From Clostridiales bacterium (GTDB lineage: Bacteria; Bacillota; Clostridia; Christensenellales; CAG-314), in the NCBI GenBank assembly GCA_004558105.1, contig SFEB01000001.1, forward strand, positions 1 to 55,308: a stretch of 55,308 nucleotides of DNA. The letters are read 5' to 3'. The number at the start of each line of letters is the position of its first letter. The first letter of the stretch is position 1. Positions 27,431-35,751 of the stretch are shown in pieces. A program made the translations under genes and the position numbers. The notes under the pieces were generated by a model, which saw only the letters and a list, made by a program, of their open reading frames with translations, searched no databases and was not told where the DNA came from.

Positions 27431-27948
27431 AACAAAACGTCGCCCTGATAGGTCTGTCCGGCACGTTAAAAACTACAGTTGCCCGCGTCCTTGCCGAGTC
27501 GTTAAACAAGCGATACGTAGATACCGACGAACTCATCGTTTTTGAATACGGTATGCCGATTAAAGAAATCTTTGAAAAGACAGGTGAAGAGTATTTCAGG
27601 AAGATAGAAACTAAAACGATATATTCGGTCGCAGAATTTTCGGACGTAGTTATCGCAACCGGCGGAGGAGCAGTATTGAACGAAAACAATATGCTTGCGC
27701 TTAAAGAAACTTGCATCGTAGTTTGCCTGACCGCAAGCAAAAAGGTCTTATACGAGCGGCTGAAAAACGACGATACCCGTCCTTTACTTTGTCCGGTCAC
27801 ACATTCAAAAGTTTCAGATTACGTTGACGGGCGAAAAGGTCTGTACGACAAGTGGGCAGACTTTACCGTTTCGACAAGCAATAAAACCGCAGTACAAGTC
27901 TCTCAAGAAATAATAAAAAAGTTGAACAAAGTGAACAACAACAAATAG
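27427..27948 (+). CDS. aroK: Shikimate kinase (variant P-loop)
   Basis: ATG-27427 overlaps the aroQ stop (ATGA). N-terminus NVALIGLSGTLKTTV, then DTD, GE..FR, ATGGG, typical of shikimate kinase. The Walker A reads GLSGTLKT instead of GxxGxGKT. Confidence 0.8.
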   Translation: MKQNVALIGLSGTLKTTVARVLAESLNKRYVDTDELIVFEYGMPIKEIFEKTGEEYFRKIETKTIYSVAEFSDVVIATGGGAVLNENNMLALKETCIVVCLTASKKVLYERLKNDDTRPLLCPVTHSKVSDYVDGRKGLYDKWADFTVSTSNKTAVQVSQEIIKKLNKVNNNK

Positions 27949-27980
27949 GTATAAACAATATTAATAGTATAAAAAGTATT

Positions 27981-28010
27981 AAAAAAACTCCGCTTAATGC
28001 GGAGTTTTTT
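27981..28010. terminator. Bidirectional rho-independent terminator between aroK and the 998-aa gene
   Basis: 8-bp stem aactccgc/gcggagtt, 5-nt loop, with an A-run before and a T-run after. Confidence 0.8.
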
Positions 28011-28024
28011 AATCGGGTTTTAAA

Positions 28025-31021
28025 TCAGCCTTGATAGTTGTTGTAAATTTCTTCTTTACTCTTTTTGTGCGTGGAAGCAAACTTTCTGATGATGATCGCT
28101 ACGATAGCGCCCAACATTGCAATCGTAACAACGAGAGAAGAAATAAGCAACCAGTCAACCGGTTCGGTTTCCGTCTTAGTATCCGTGTCTGCAGTGTCAT
28201 CGGCAGGGGAGAGGATTTTAGCAAGGTGAGTATTTAAAGCTTGTATGTTGCTGTTGTTTTCCCAGTCGATGTAGTACGAACCGCTGGTAGCGTCGGGATA
28301 GTGCTTGGTATTGAAAGTTTCTACCATGGTCTTAAGTGCCGCCATCTGATTTTCAAAGTCATCGTCGTTTTCGTGGGTTTTGAGTTCAGCTGCTTTCTCT
28401 ACGATCTTGTTAAAGTCGTTTTCCACTAATACGTCGTTATAACGATAATCTTTGACTGCCAGGTTGCTGTTGTTGGAATTTACCAATTGTTCGTCGGCAT
28501 ATACGTTGTTAAGGTCAGATTCGACAGCGTTCTGGACGTTGTTGTTTTTAAACAACTCCATAAACTCTTTGCTTACGGTGTCGTTTTCTTCCGTCAGGTC
28601 GGAGAGAAGAGTGCATTCAGCTCTGTCGAACAAAACGGTACCCAGTTGGTAATCGGCGACGGATTTAGCGTCGCGTTTTCCATTCCACAATTCAAGGTTA
28701 ACCGTCAAGTCGTTATCGCCGGTTGCAAAGTAAACGTAGTAGCGAACCCAACCGTTGCTGAGTTCTGCGTCTATCGATGCAAACGACTCGCTTACGTAAG
28801 CGGACGTCGAACCGTTCGTCAGGCAAGCATAAACTTCGGTTTTACCGTTAGTGAGGTAGATATACGGTACTGCTCCGCCGATACCCTTTGCAAGTACGCT
28901 AAAGCGGTAGAAAGATTTTGCGCTGAGCGTAATTGCGTCAGACTGATAGCCGTGAGCGGTTGCAACGTTGTTGTAAATCATCAGCAAAGAGTGAGCGTTA
29001 TCGTCTTTGTAGCTGTTAAAGTCGGATTCCGTAATGCCGAACTTAGTAAAGAGTTCGCCGACTTGCGAACGATACACGATGCCGCCGATACTGCTGTAAA
29101 CGCTTTCGGGGTTTTCGTCGTTGGTCATATCAAACCATGCGTCGTTGTTATTGGGAGCAACTTTGGTTGCATCGTAGTTTTCCGTAATCGTGTTGAGACC
29201 GGCATACAAGCTGATCCAATTTGCGGTTGCGACAGGATAGTTGGTATTGGGCGCGCTTGTCTTTGCGTTATTGAAACTGCCGTTAAGCAAGAGTTCCGAA
29301 GGATTGGTAACGGACTTTAAAGATGCGGTAACAACGGTAGAAGAAGAGCTGACGGTATTAAATTTGTATTGTTCCAACTCTTCGAGAGCAAATTCCGTCA
29401 TATAAACCGAGCCCGTCACGGCGAAAGATTCTTCAGTCGCAAAATTCTTGGTTGCCGTAGCAGCGCCGGAAGAATAGGTGGTGACAACGGATTTTCTGAT
29501 ACCTACCGTCACCTGGATTTGCAGGTAGTAGGTAGTATCTTCGCTCGGTTGAATATAAAACTGATATTGTGACCAACCGTTGTTGGTGTCGTTCAATATA
29601 TCGTGAGAAGTATTGACGGAAGCAAAATACGCAGAGATATTTTTGCTCAAAGTTTCGTCAAGTACCAAATCGCCGCTGTCGTCGACGTAATAAGCGTTGA
29701 GATAGATGTATGCGCCGCTACGAGGATCGATATCCACCGTTCTTACCCAAAGGGACGCGCGATAGCAATTGTTAATGGAGGGGGGAGTGACCTTGAACAT
29801 TCCGAAATAAGCCGATTTATAATCGTTAGCGGTATTTCTTTCGAGTTTCAGGATATTTTCCGCCTCGTCGTCGGCAAAAGGCATAACGAGCTGAGCGTCG
29901 GCAGGATCCGTAATGTTAACGCTTTCGGCAGCCATAGTCATGTACTCGTTGTGAGACAAAACGTCAACTTTCGTCAAATCAGCCATGTCGCCCACGGAAG
30001 AATAATCCCAGTCTACCAATTGAGAATTGGTTTCGTCCGTGTCGTAAGAATAACTGATATAGTTTTTGCCGGAGTCAAGAATTTTTTGTTCGTTGCGGAT
30101 AAATTCGCCATGGCTGATGGATTCGGTAGAAATCCAACCGAACATAATAAAGCCGTAAGCGGAAGAAGAAGACTTGCCGAGACCCAATTCGAGATAAGCG
30201 GTAGAAGAGGAGGTTTTGGAGCCTTCGAGATAGAAATCAAATCTTGTCCAGCCGTTGCTCTTAGCGTCGGCAGGAGCGTTGTTGATAGCGTCGGACGTCA
30301 CGTTGTAGATAACGCGATAGCTTGCGTCGGACGTGCCGGTCTGAGTCTTTTTGATTGCGATATAAGCTCCGTCCTCACCGACGATATTCTTGGTGTAAAC
30401 CCAGACGGAAACTTTCATATACTTGCCGCTGGAAATGGAAAAACTGCCCGATACGACGTAAGTTGCGTCCGATTGAGCGGCAGGAGTCTTTTTAATCATA
30501 TAAGCGCGCGTATCGTTATCGTTTCTGCTTTCGAAATCAGGATAACCGGGATGTGCCAACTCGGCTTGTCCTTCTATCGTGCCGCCCGAAACAATACCCT
30601 TAGACGTCAGATCTTTGACGACGTTGTCCCAATCTGCGATATCCACAACGCCCATAGTGACGTTTTGCGGAGCAGAAGTAGTGGAATAACGCCAACCCAT
30701 ACTGCTGTCGACGGTGCTGTCAACCACTAACGGATAACTAAGATTTTTACCGCCTGCGAAGGTATTGGAAAAGTCCACGTTGGTAATAGTGCCATCCGAT
30801 GAAGGATAGGTCGTGCTGGTGGACGAAATCGTACCGGGAATGACTTCGGTATGCAATGCAACGGACAATGACGCCACGACAGCGACAACGAGAACCAGGC
30901 TGAGAACCAATACGGTCCAGAGCTTCTTGTTGAAAGTCCTGTTTTTCTCGGCTGCGGCTTCGGATTTACCGTTGGCTTTGTAAACAGGGGTGTAGAGTTT
31001 TTCATTCTGTTGTTTCTTCAT
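28025..31021 (-). CDS. Large (998 aa) surface protein with TM segments at both ends and three repeated CBM-like beta-sandwich modules; function unknown
   Basis: N-terminal basic region plus TM (aa 34-57). C-terminal TM (aa 956-978) plus a basic tail. Three ~215-230 aa modules each carry Y(M/R)xxS(V/L)W/LV...GAYIY/PYIYL and NGW(T/S/V)(R/Q)(F/Y) motifs. AGGTGA SD. Flanked by its own promoter region and terminator. Confidence 0.8.
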   Translation of the reverse strand: MKKQQNEKLYTPVYKANGKSEAAAEKNRTFNKKLWTVLVLSLVLVVAVVASLSVALHTEVIPGTISSTSTTYPSSDGTITNVDFSNTFAGGKNLSYPLVVDSTVDSSMGWRYSTTSAPQNVTMGVVDIADWDNVVKDLTSKGIVSGGTIEGQAELAHPGYPDFESRNDNDTRAYMIKKTPAAQSDATYVVSGSFSISSGKYMKVSVWVYTKNIVGEDGAYIAIKKTQTGTSDASYRVIYNVTSDAINNAPADAKSNGWTRFDFYLEGSKTSSSTAYLELGLGKSSSSAYGFIMFGWISTESISHGEFIRNEQKILDSGKNYISYSYDTDETNSQLVDWDYSSVGDMADLTKVDVLSHNEYMTMAAESVNITDPADAQLVMPFADDEAENILKLERNTANDYKSAYFGMFKVTPPSINNCYRASLWVRTVDIDPRSGAYIYLNAYYVDDSGDLVLDETLSKNISAYFASVNTSHDILNDTNNGWSQYQFYIQPSEDTTYYLQIQVTVGIRKSVVTTYSSGAATATKNFATEESFAVTGSVYMTEFALEELEQYKFNTVSSSSTVVTASLKSVTNPSELLLNGSFNNAKTSAPNTNYPVATANWISLYAGLNTITENYDATKVAPNNNDAWFDMTNDENPESVYSSIGGIVYRSQVGELFTKFGITESDFNSYKDDNAHSLLMIYNNVATAHGYQSDAITLSAKSFYRFSVLAKGIGGAVPYIYLTNGKTEVYACLTNGSTSAYVSESFASIDAELSNGWVRYYVYFATGDNDLTVNLELWNGKRDAKSVADYQLGTVLFDRAECTLLSDLTEENDTVSKEFMELFKNNNVQNAVESDLNNVYADEQLVNSNNSNLAVKDYRYNDVLVENDFNKIVEKAAELKTHENDDDFENQMAALKTMVETFNTKHYPDATSGSYYIDWENNSNIQALNTHLAKILSPADDTADTDTKTETEPVDWLLISSLVVTIAMLGAIVAIIIRKFASTHKKSKEEIYNNYQG

Positions 31022-31039
31022 TTAACTCACCTATCAGTT

Positions 31040-31132
31040 GTAAAATTTATTGTAGTTACGCATAACGAGCACAACTTTTCATTATGCCTAGTTATTTTAA
31101 TACATAATTGAAAAAAAAGCAATAAATTTTAC
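31040..31132. repeat. Perfect 13-bp inverted repeat pair flanking a 67-bp AT-rich core in the divergent intergenic region
   Basis: gtaaaatttattg at 31040-31052 and its exact reverse complement caataaattttac at 31120-31132. Confidence 0.6.
31094..31122 (-). promoter_or_regulatory. Candidate sigma-A promoter for the 998-aa gene, straddling the right inverted-repeat arm
   Basis: Minus strand: TTGCTT (31122-31117), 17-nt spacer, TAAAAT (31099-31094). Confidence 0.4.
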
Positions 31133-31201
31133 CAACAAATATATTGTTTTTTTATATTTTTATCGAAAACGTTAAGAATATAACAAAAACAGAGGCTGCA
31201 A

Positions 31202-31570
31202 ATGTTTAAAAAAGAATGGGTAAAAAAACTGTTTCTGGTTGTATTCGGCGTTGCAATAGGTTTTGTCAACGGTTTTTTGGGTAGCGGAGGCGGAACGCTG
31301 GCGGTTACCGCGTTGCTGACCGTCGGAGGATTGGATCAAAAGAGGGCGCAAGCCACGGCGTTGTTGATTATTTTACCGATCAGCGTCGTCAGTGCAGTGG
31401 TCTATTTCCTTAACGGTTCGGTGGATATTGAAAAAACGGTCTTTTCGACCGTCGGTATCGTGGCGGGCGGTGCGTTGGGTGCGGTTCTGCTAAACAAACT
31501 GCAAGGAAACGTGGTAAAACTCATCTTTGCTCTGATACTTATTGCGGCGGGGGTGAAAATGTTTTTATGA
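31202..31570 (+). CDS. Half-size (4-TM) TauE/SafE (TSUP) family membrane protein, subunit 1
   Basis: 122 aa. GFVNGFLGSGGGTLAV motif and 4 hydrophobic helices, typical of one TSUP repeat. Confidence 0.75.
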   Translation: MFKKEWVKKLFLVVFGVAIGFVNGFLGSGGGTLAVTALLTVGGLDQKRAQATALLIILPISVVSAVVYFLNGSVDIEKTVFSTVGIVAGGALGAVLLNKLQGNVVKLIFALILIAAGVKMFL

Positions 31571-32025
31571 CGATTTTATTGATAGTGTTCGGATTTCTCG
31601 GTGGCATTTTAGGCGGAATGGGTATGGGCGGAGGCACTTTGCTGATACCTTTACTCAGTTTTCTCGATATTCCTCAACGTACGATTCAGGCAATAAATCT
31701 TATCGGGTTTTTGCCCATGTCGGCGGTGGCATTGTTTTTCCATTTTAAAAACGGACTGGTGGAAACAAAAAATATAATCTGGCTCATACTGCCCGCCGTC
31801 CTGTCTGCGATAGGGGGATCTGTTCTTACCGGAGTTTCCGGTGAAAAGGTATTGCGGTATTGCTTTGGCAGTCTGCTGTTTGCGTTGGGAATCTGGCAAT
31901 TGGTAAAGTGTATATCGGCTTTGATAAAAGACGTAAAAGTTAAAAGAATAGTAAAAGCACAGAAAAAAGAAATCAACGAATTTAAAAATTCTTTACCTAA
32001 TTATATTGATAGAAAATCACGTTGA
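31567..32025 (+). CDS. Half-size (4-TM) TauE/SafE (TSUP) family membrane protein, subunit 2
   Basis: 152 aa. GFLGGILGGMGMGGGTLLIP motif, 4 helices and a basic C-terminal tail. ATGA overlap with subunit 1. Confidence 0.75.
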   Translation: MTILLIVFGFLGGILGGMGMGGGTLLIPLLSFLDIPQRTIQAINLIGFLPMSAVALFFHFKNGLVETKNIIWLILPAVLSAIGGSVLTGVSGEKVLRYCFGSLLFALGIWQLVKCISALIKDVKVKRIVKAQKKEINEFKNSLPNYIDRKSR

Positions 32026-32136
32026 AAGATAAAACGTTATGACGGGCGAATATTATCTGAAAATGCGAAAAAACGGCAAATTTTAACGATTTTGCGTGTT
32101 TAAACTGTGAAATTTATCATTTTTTTGTATATATTC

Positions 32137-32165
32137 TTGACCTTTCAAAAGATGTAAATTATAAT
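32137..32165 (+). promoter_or_regulatory. Near-consensus sigma-A promoter of the rnf operon
   Basis: TTGACC (32137-32142), 17-nt spacer, TATAAT (32160-32165). Confidence 0.65.
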
Positions 32166-32224
32166 AAAACGTATTGAAAATGCAGTGGAAGTATTTTCGC
32201 TTACGATATTACAGGAGGTATATT

Positions 32225-33514
32225 TTGGCAAAAGTAAAGACTAAAACCTTTAAAAAAGGCGTCCACTTTGACGATAAAAAGTACTTGACCAAAGACGCCG
32301 AGATAGAGGAAATGCCTCTTATCGACGATTATTTTATCGCCTTGTCGCAGCACATAGGCGTACCGGCTACGCCGTTGGTAGAATCAGGCGATAAGGTTGC
32401 CGAAGGACAGTTGATTGCAAAGGCGGAGGGGTTTGTTTCGGCAAACGTCTATTCACCCGTCAGCGGTAGAGTCGTCGGTATCGAAAAGAGAGAAAACAAG
32501 TTCGGCGTGATGGACAAATACATTCACGTTAAACGAGAAGGCGAAGAAATGGTTACTTTGCCGCCTATTGACGTTAGCGACGGCAAAGCCATAGCGGATC
32601 GTATAGAGGAGGCAGGTATCGTAGGTCTCGGAGGAGCGGGTTTTCCGACTCACGTAAAAGCGGCGCCCAAAAAACCCGTTGATTTATTGATAGTTAACGC
32701 CGCGGAGTGTGAACCTTATCTCAACTGCGACAATAGGTTGTTAATCGAAAAGCCGGTAGAAGTGATAGAAGGTGCAAAACTCATTGCAAAGACTATAGAT
32801 ATAGATAGAATTATTTTCGGAATCGAAGAGAACAAGCCGCGCGCATACGAGCAACTTTCGAATATTAACGGCGTAGAGGTTGTCTTGCTGAAAAAGAAAT
32901 ACCCACAAGGCGGCGAAAAGCAGATTATTTACGCATGCAGCGGACGTAAAGTTCCCGCAAAGGGCTTGCCTATGGACGTAGGAGTGGTTGTACAGAACGT
33001 CGCCACCTGTTTTGCGGTGTACGAAGCGGTTATGTTGAACAAGCCTTTGTACGAACGCGTTCTTACGGTCAGCGGGCATGGCGTAAATCAACCGAAAAAT
33101 CTGCTGGTTAAAAACGGTACGCCTTACAGTGCGATACTAGAGTATTGCGGAGGTATCAAAGAAGATACTCAAAAACTGGTTGCAGGCGGTCCTATGATGG
33201 GTATTGCTATGAGTAACGCCAACGGCGTCACGACCAAGACGGACAGTGGATTATTGGCACTGAGCCCGGAGGAAGCGAACAGCGCTCAGCCGTCGGCTTG
33301 TATCCACTGCGGCAGATGCGTTGCCGCATGTCCGATGAACCTCATGCCGCTTTATATTGACTTTTATACTCAGGCAGGGGAATATAAAGAAGCAATCAAG
33401 TACGGCGTAGAACATTGTATGGAATGCGGATGCTGTTCTTACGTCTGTCCCGGAAAACGTCCTATAGTTCAGAGTATAAAGCTTTGCAAGGCAAAACTAA
33501 AGGAGAAGAAATAA
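32225..33514 (+). CDS. rnfC: Rnf electron-transport complex subunit C
   Basis: TTG-32225 has AGGAGG 6 nt upstream and gives the N-terminus MAKVKTKTFKKGVH typical of RnfC. GLGGAGFPT NADH/FMN site. Two 4Fe-4S motifs (CIHCGRCVAACP, CMECGCCSYVCP). Confidence 0.9.
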   Translation: MAKVKTKTFKKGVHFDDKKYLTKDAEIEEMPLIDDYFIALSQHIGVPATPLVESGDKVAEGQLIAKAEGFVSANVYSPVSGRVVGIEKRENKFGVMDKYIHVKREGEEMVTLPPIDVSDGKAIADRIEEAGIVGLGGAGFPTHVKAAPKKPVDLLIVNAAECEPYLNCDNRLLIEKPVEVIEGAKLIAKTIDIDRIIFGIEENKPRAYEQLSNINGVEVVLLKKKYPQGGEKQIIYACSGRKVPAKGLPMDVGVVVQNVATCFAVYEAVMLNKPLYERVLTVSGHGVNQPKNLLVKNGTPYSAILEYCGGIKEDTQKLVAGGPMMGIAMSNANGVTTKTDSGLLALSPEEANSAQPSACIHCGRCVAACPMNLMPLYIDFYTQAGEYKEAIKYGVEHCMECGCCSYVCPGKRPIVQSIKLCKAKLKEKK

Positions 33515-34494
33515 TGGAAAATAAAACTTTTATAGACGGCAGTTCTCCTCACATTCGCGGTAATTCCAGCACAAAGAGAATAATGCTCGACGTTATCATC
33601 GCTTTGGCGGCTCCGTTTTTCGCCGGTTTGTGGTTTTTCGGTTTCCGTGCGCTGTTGGTGGTTTTTCTGGCGGTGATATCGGCCTATGCAAGCGAAGTGG
33701 TTTTTAATCTTTGTTGCAAAAAAACCTTTAAACAAGCGTTGGATATCGATCTTACGAGTATCGTTACGGGGTTTATCATCGGTCTGTCGCTCAATGCCAA
33801 TGCGGCGTGGTATCTGCCCGTTATGGCGAGTGTTTTTGCCGTTATCGTCGTTAAAATGCTTTTCGGCGGCACGGGCAATAATATCGTGAATCCGGCAATT
33901 GCGGGCAGAGCGTTTATCTTTATTTCTTTTATCGGCATGGCGGCAAGCAACATGGCGAGCAATTGGCTCACTCCCGACGGCAACGTTCTCGTCGGAGCAA
34001 CTCCGTTGAGCAATATGTTGAACGGCTCCGAAGCGGGCGTGAGTAACCTTGATTTGTTTTTGGGTACTAATCTTGCAGGTTGCATCGGTGAAACATGTAA
34101 GGTTGCAATAATCGTCGGGTTTATTTACCTGGTAATAAGAAGGGTGATAGATTTTAAATACCCTCTTATTTACATAGCGGTGACGGGATTGTTTACCGTT
34201 GCGCTAAAAGGTTTTGACTTCAGTTGGTTTTTACCGAGTATACTCAGCGGCGGTCTTATGTTTGTCGCAGTGTTTATGGCTACCGACTACGTGACGAGCC
34301 CCACGACGAAACTGGGGAATTATATTTATTTCGTAATGCTCGGTCTTCTGACGGCGGGACTCCGTATCGCCTGTAAGATAGAAGTGGTTACGTTTGTAGT
34401 ATTGTTGATGAACTTCGTTGTTCCCTTCCTGGATAAATGGCTGGTACCCAAACCTTTCGGAAATCAACCGAAAAACAAGGAGGCAAAAGCATGA
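33514..34494 (+). CDS. rnfD: Rnf complex subunit D
   Basis: N-terminus SSPHIRG. Polytopic. FMN-attachment-type region ATPL. TAATG overlap with rnfC. Confidence 0.9.
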   Translation: MENKTFIDGSSPHIRGNSSTKRIMLDVIIALAAPFFAGLWFFGFRALLVVFLAVISAYASEVVFNLCCKKTFKQALDIDLTSIVTGFIIGLSLNANAAWYLPVMASVFAVIVVKMLFGGTGNNIVNPAIAGRAFIFISFIGMAASNMASNWLTPDGNVLVGATPLSNMLNGSEAGVSNLDLFLGTNLAGCIGETCKVAIIVGFIYLVIRRVIDFKYPLIYIAVTGLFTVALKGFDFSWFLPSILSGGLMFVAVFMATDYVTSPTTKLGNYIYFVMLGLLTAGLRIACKIEVVTFVVLLMNFVVPFLDKWLVPKPFGNQPKNKEAKA

Positions 34495-35090
34495 GTGTAA
34501 AAAGTTATTCGGAAAACAAGACTACAGCCGTCAAGTCAATCGTAGTACTTGTGCTTATTGCGGTTGTGCTGGGCGGTTTGCTGGCAATTCTCAACGATAT
34601 ATTGTACGTTTCCGACACGGAACGTACGATGCGCGTTATTAAAAACTTTTACGACGGGCAGGAAAAACAGTATGAAGTCGTTGAAATTCCTGAGGATGTG
34701 AGAACAAACGATTTCGGAACGGTTGACACGGTGTATTTGATTGAAGACGGTAACTATCTTATAAAGACGACCGGCAACGAAGGTTTTCACGGCGGTACGG
34801 TAACTATGTGGTTTCTGGCGGAAATCGACGGCGGCGAGTTTATTGGGTTTAATAAAGTTAAGTATGCCGAAAACGCCGGACAAACTTTGATGTCCAATTT
34901 TTCGGACGATTATTACAACGATTACCTCGGTGACGACGTAAAAAACGGTTTTTACACCACTAAGGGCGGCAGTAACAATAAAATGATGGCGGGCGCTACC
35001 TATAGCAGTAATGCCATCAATAACGCAGTTAACAGCGCTTATTGTTATATCGATTATATTTTGACGGAGGTAAGCAATGATGAAGGTTAA
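34491..35090 (+). CDS. rnfG: Rnf complex subunit G (FMN-binding)
   Basis: N-terminal TM and FMN-binding motif AGATYSS near the C-terminus. ATGA overlap with rnfD. Confidence 0.85.
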   Translation: MSVKSYSENKTTAVKSIVVLVLIAVVLGGLLAILNDILYVSDTERTMRVIKNFYDGQEKQYEVVEIPEDVRTNDFGTVDTVYLIEDGNYLIKTTGNEGFHGGTVTMWFLAEIDGGEFIGFNKVKYAENAGQTLMSNFSDDYYNDYLGDDVKNGFYTTKGGSNNKMMAGATYSSNAINNAVNSAYCYIDYILTEVSNDEG

Positions 35091-35751
35091 AGATATCGCT
35101 CTCGACGGTCTCGTCCGTCAAAATCCCACTCTCAGACTGGTTCTCGGTACGTGTCCCACTCTGGCGTTGACAACTCTAGCCTTTAACGGTATAGGCATGG
35201 GACTTGCAGTTACTTTCGTTTTGATTTGCAGTAACGTTTTAGTGAGTTTGTTGCGTAACGTTATTCCCGACAAAGTCCGTATCCCGGCTTTCGTCCTCAT
35301 TATAGCAACCTTTGTTACCATAGTTTCGCTCGTATTGGACAAGTTTATGCCCGATCTGTACGAAACTCTGGGCGTATATTTGCCTTTGATAGTCGTCAAC
35401 TGTATAATTCTTGCCCGCGCAGAGTCGTTTGCAAGTCACAACAAGGTAGGAGCGGCGGCTCTGGACGGACTGTTTATGGGGCTCGGCTTTACGATCGCTT
35501 TGACTTTGATGGGTATCGTCAGAGAAGTTCTGGGCAAAGGCAGTTTCTTCGGAATAAAACTCTGGAATTTTAAAATTGAATTTTTTGCGTCCGCGGCAGG
35601 CGCGTTCCTGACTTACGGACTTTTAATAGCGATATTCACCGTCGTCTATAATGCGCTTGAAAGAAAGGCGAGACGTAAAAACTTTTCCGGCGCTTTTGCT
35701 ATCCATAGCGAAGAGCAACAATTGGCGAAGGAGGGTGTAAATAATGGCTAA
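35077..35751 (+). CDS. rnfE: Rnf complex subunit E
   Basis: QNPTLRLVLGTCP, LGVYLPLIVVNCIIL, typical of RnfE/NqrD. Confidence 0.9.
   Translation: MMKVKDIALDGLVRQNPTLRLVLGTCPTLALTTLAFNGIGMGLAVTFVLICSNVLVSLLRNVIPDKVRIPAFVLIIATFVTIVSLVLDKFMPDLYETLGVYLPLIVVNCIILARAESFASHNKVGAAALDGLFMGLGFTIALTLMGIVREVLGKGSFFGIKLWNFKIEFFASAAGAFLTYGLLIAIFTVVYNALERKARRKNFSGAFAIHSEEQQLAKEGVNNG

Noticed and set aside
20728-28010. Two terminators (20728-20755 and 27981-28010) share the same arms AAAAAACTCCGC...GCGGAGTTT, which suggested a dispersed repeat element
   Set aside because: Only the short stem sequences match, the loops differ, and both sit exactly at gene ends. They are ordinary intrinsic terminators using a favoured stem, not a mobile repeat.
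28487-30730. Two long plus-strand ORFs (28487-29320, 277 aa; 29603-30730, 375 aa) antisense to the 998-aa gene
   Set aside because: Their products are Val/Arg/Gly/Phe-rich low-information sequence. That is what is expected from the reverse complement of an Asn/Asp/Thr/Tyr-rich gene (AAC/GAC codons give GTT/GTC). They have no SD and no motifs. The minus-strand frame is the one with TM anchors, repeats and an SD.
32174-32224. Upstream in-frame starts for rnfC (TTG-32174, ATG-32180) used by the ORF track
   Set aside because: They fall at or just downstream of the predicted transcription start of the TTGACC-17-TATAAT promoter. They lack an SD and add an Arg/Tyr-rich peptide not seen in RnfC. TTG-32225 has a perfect AGGAGG SD and gives a typical RnfC N-terminus.
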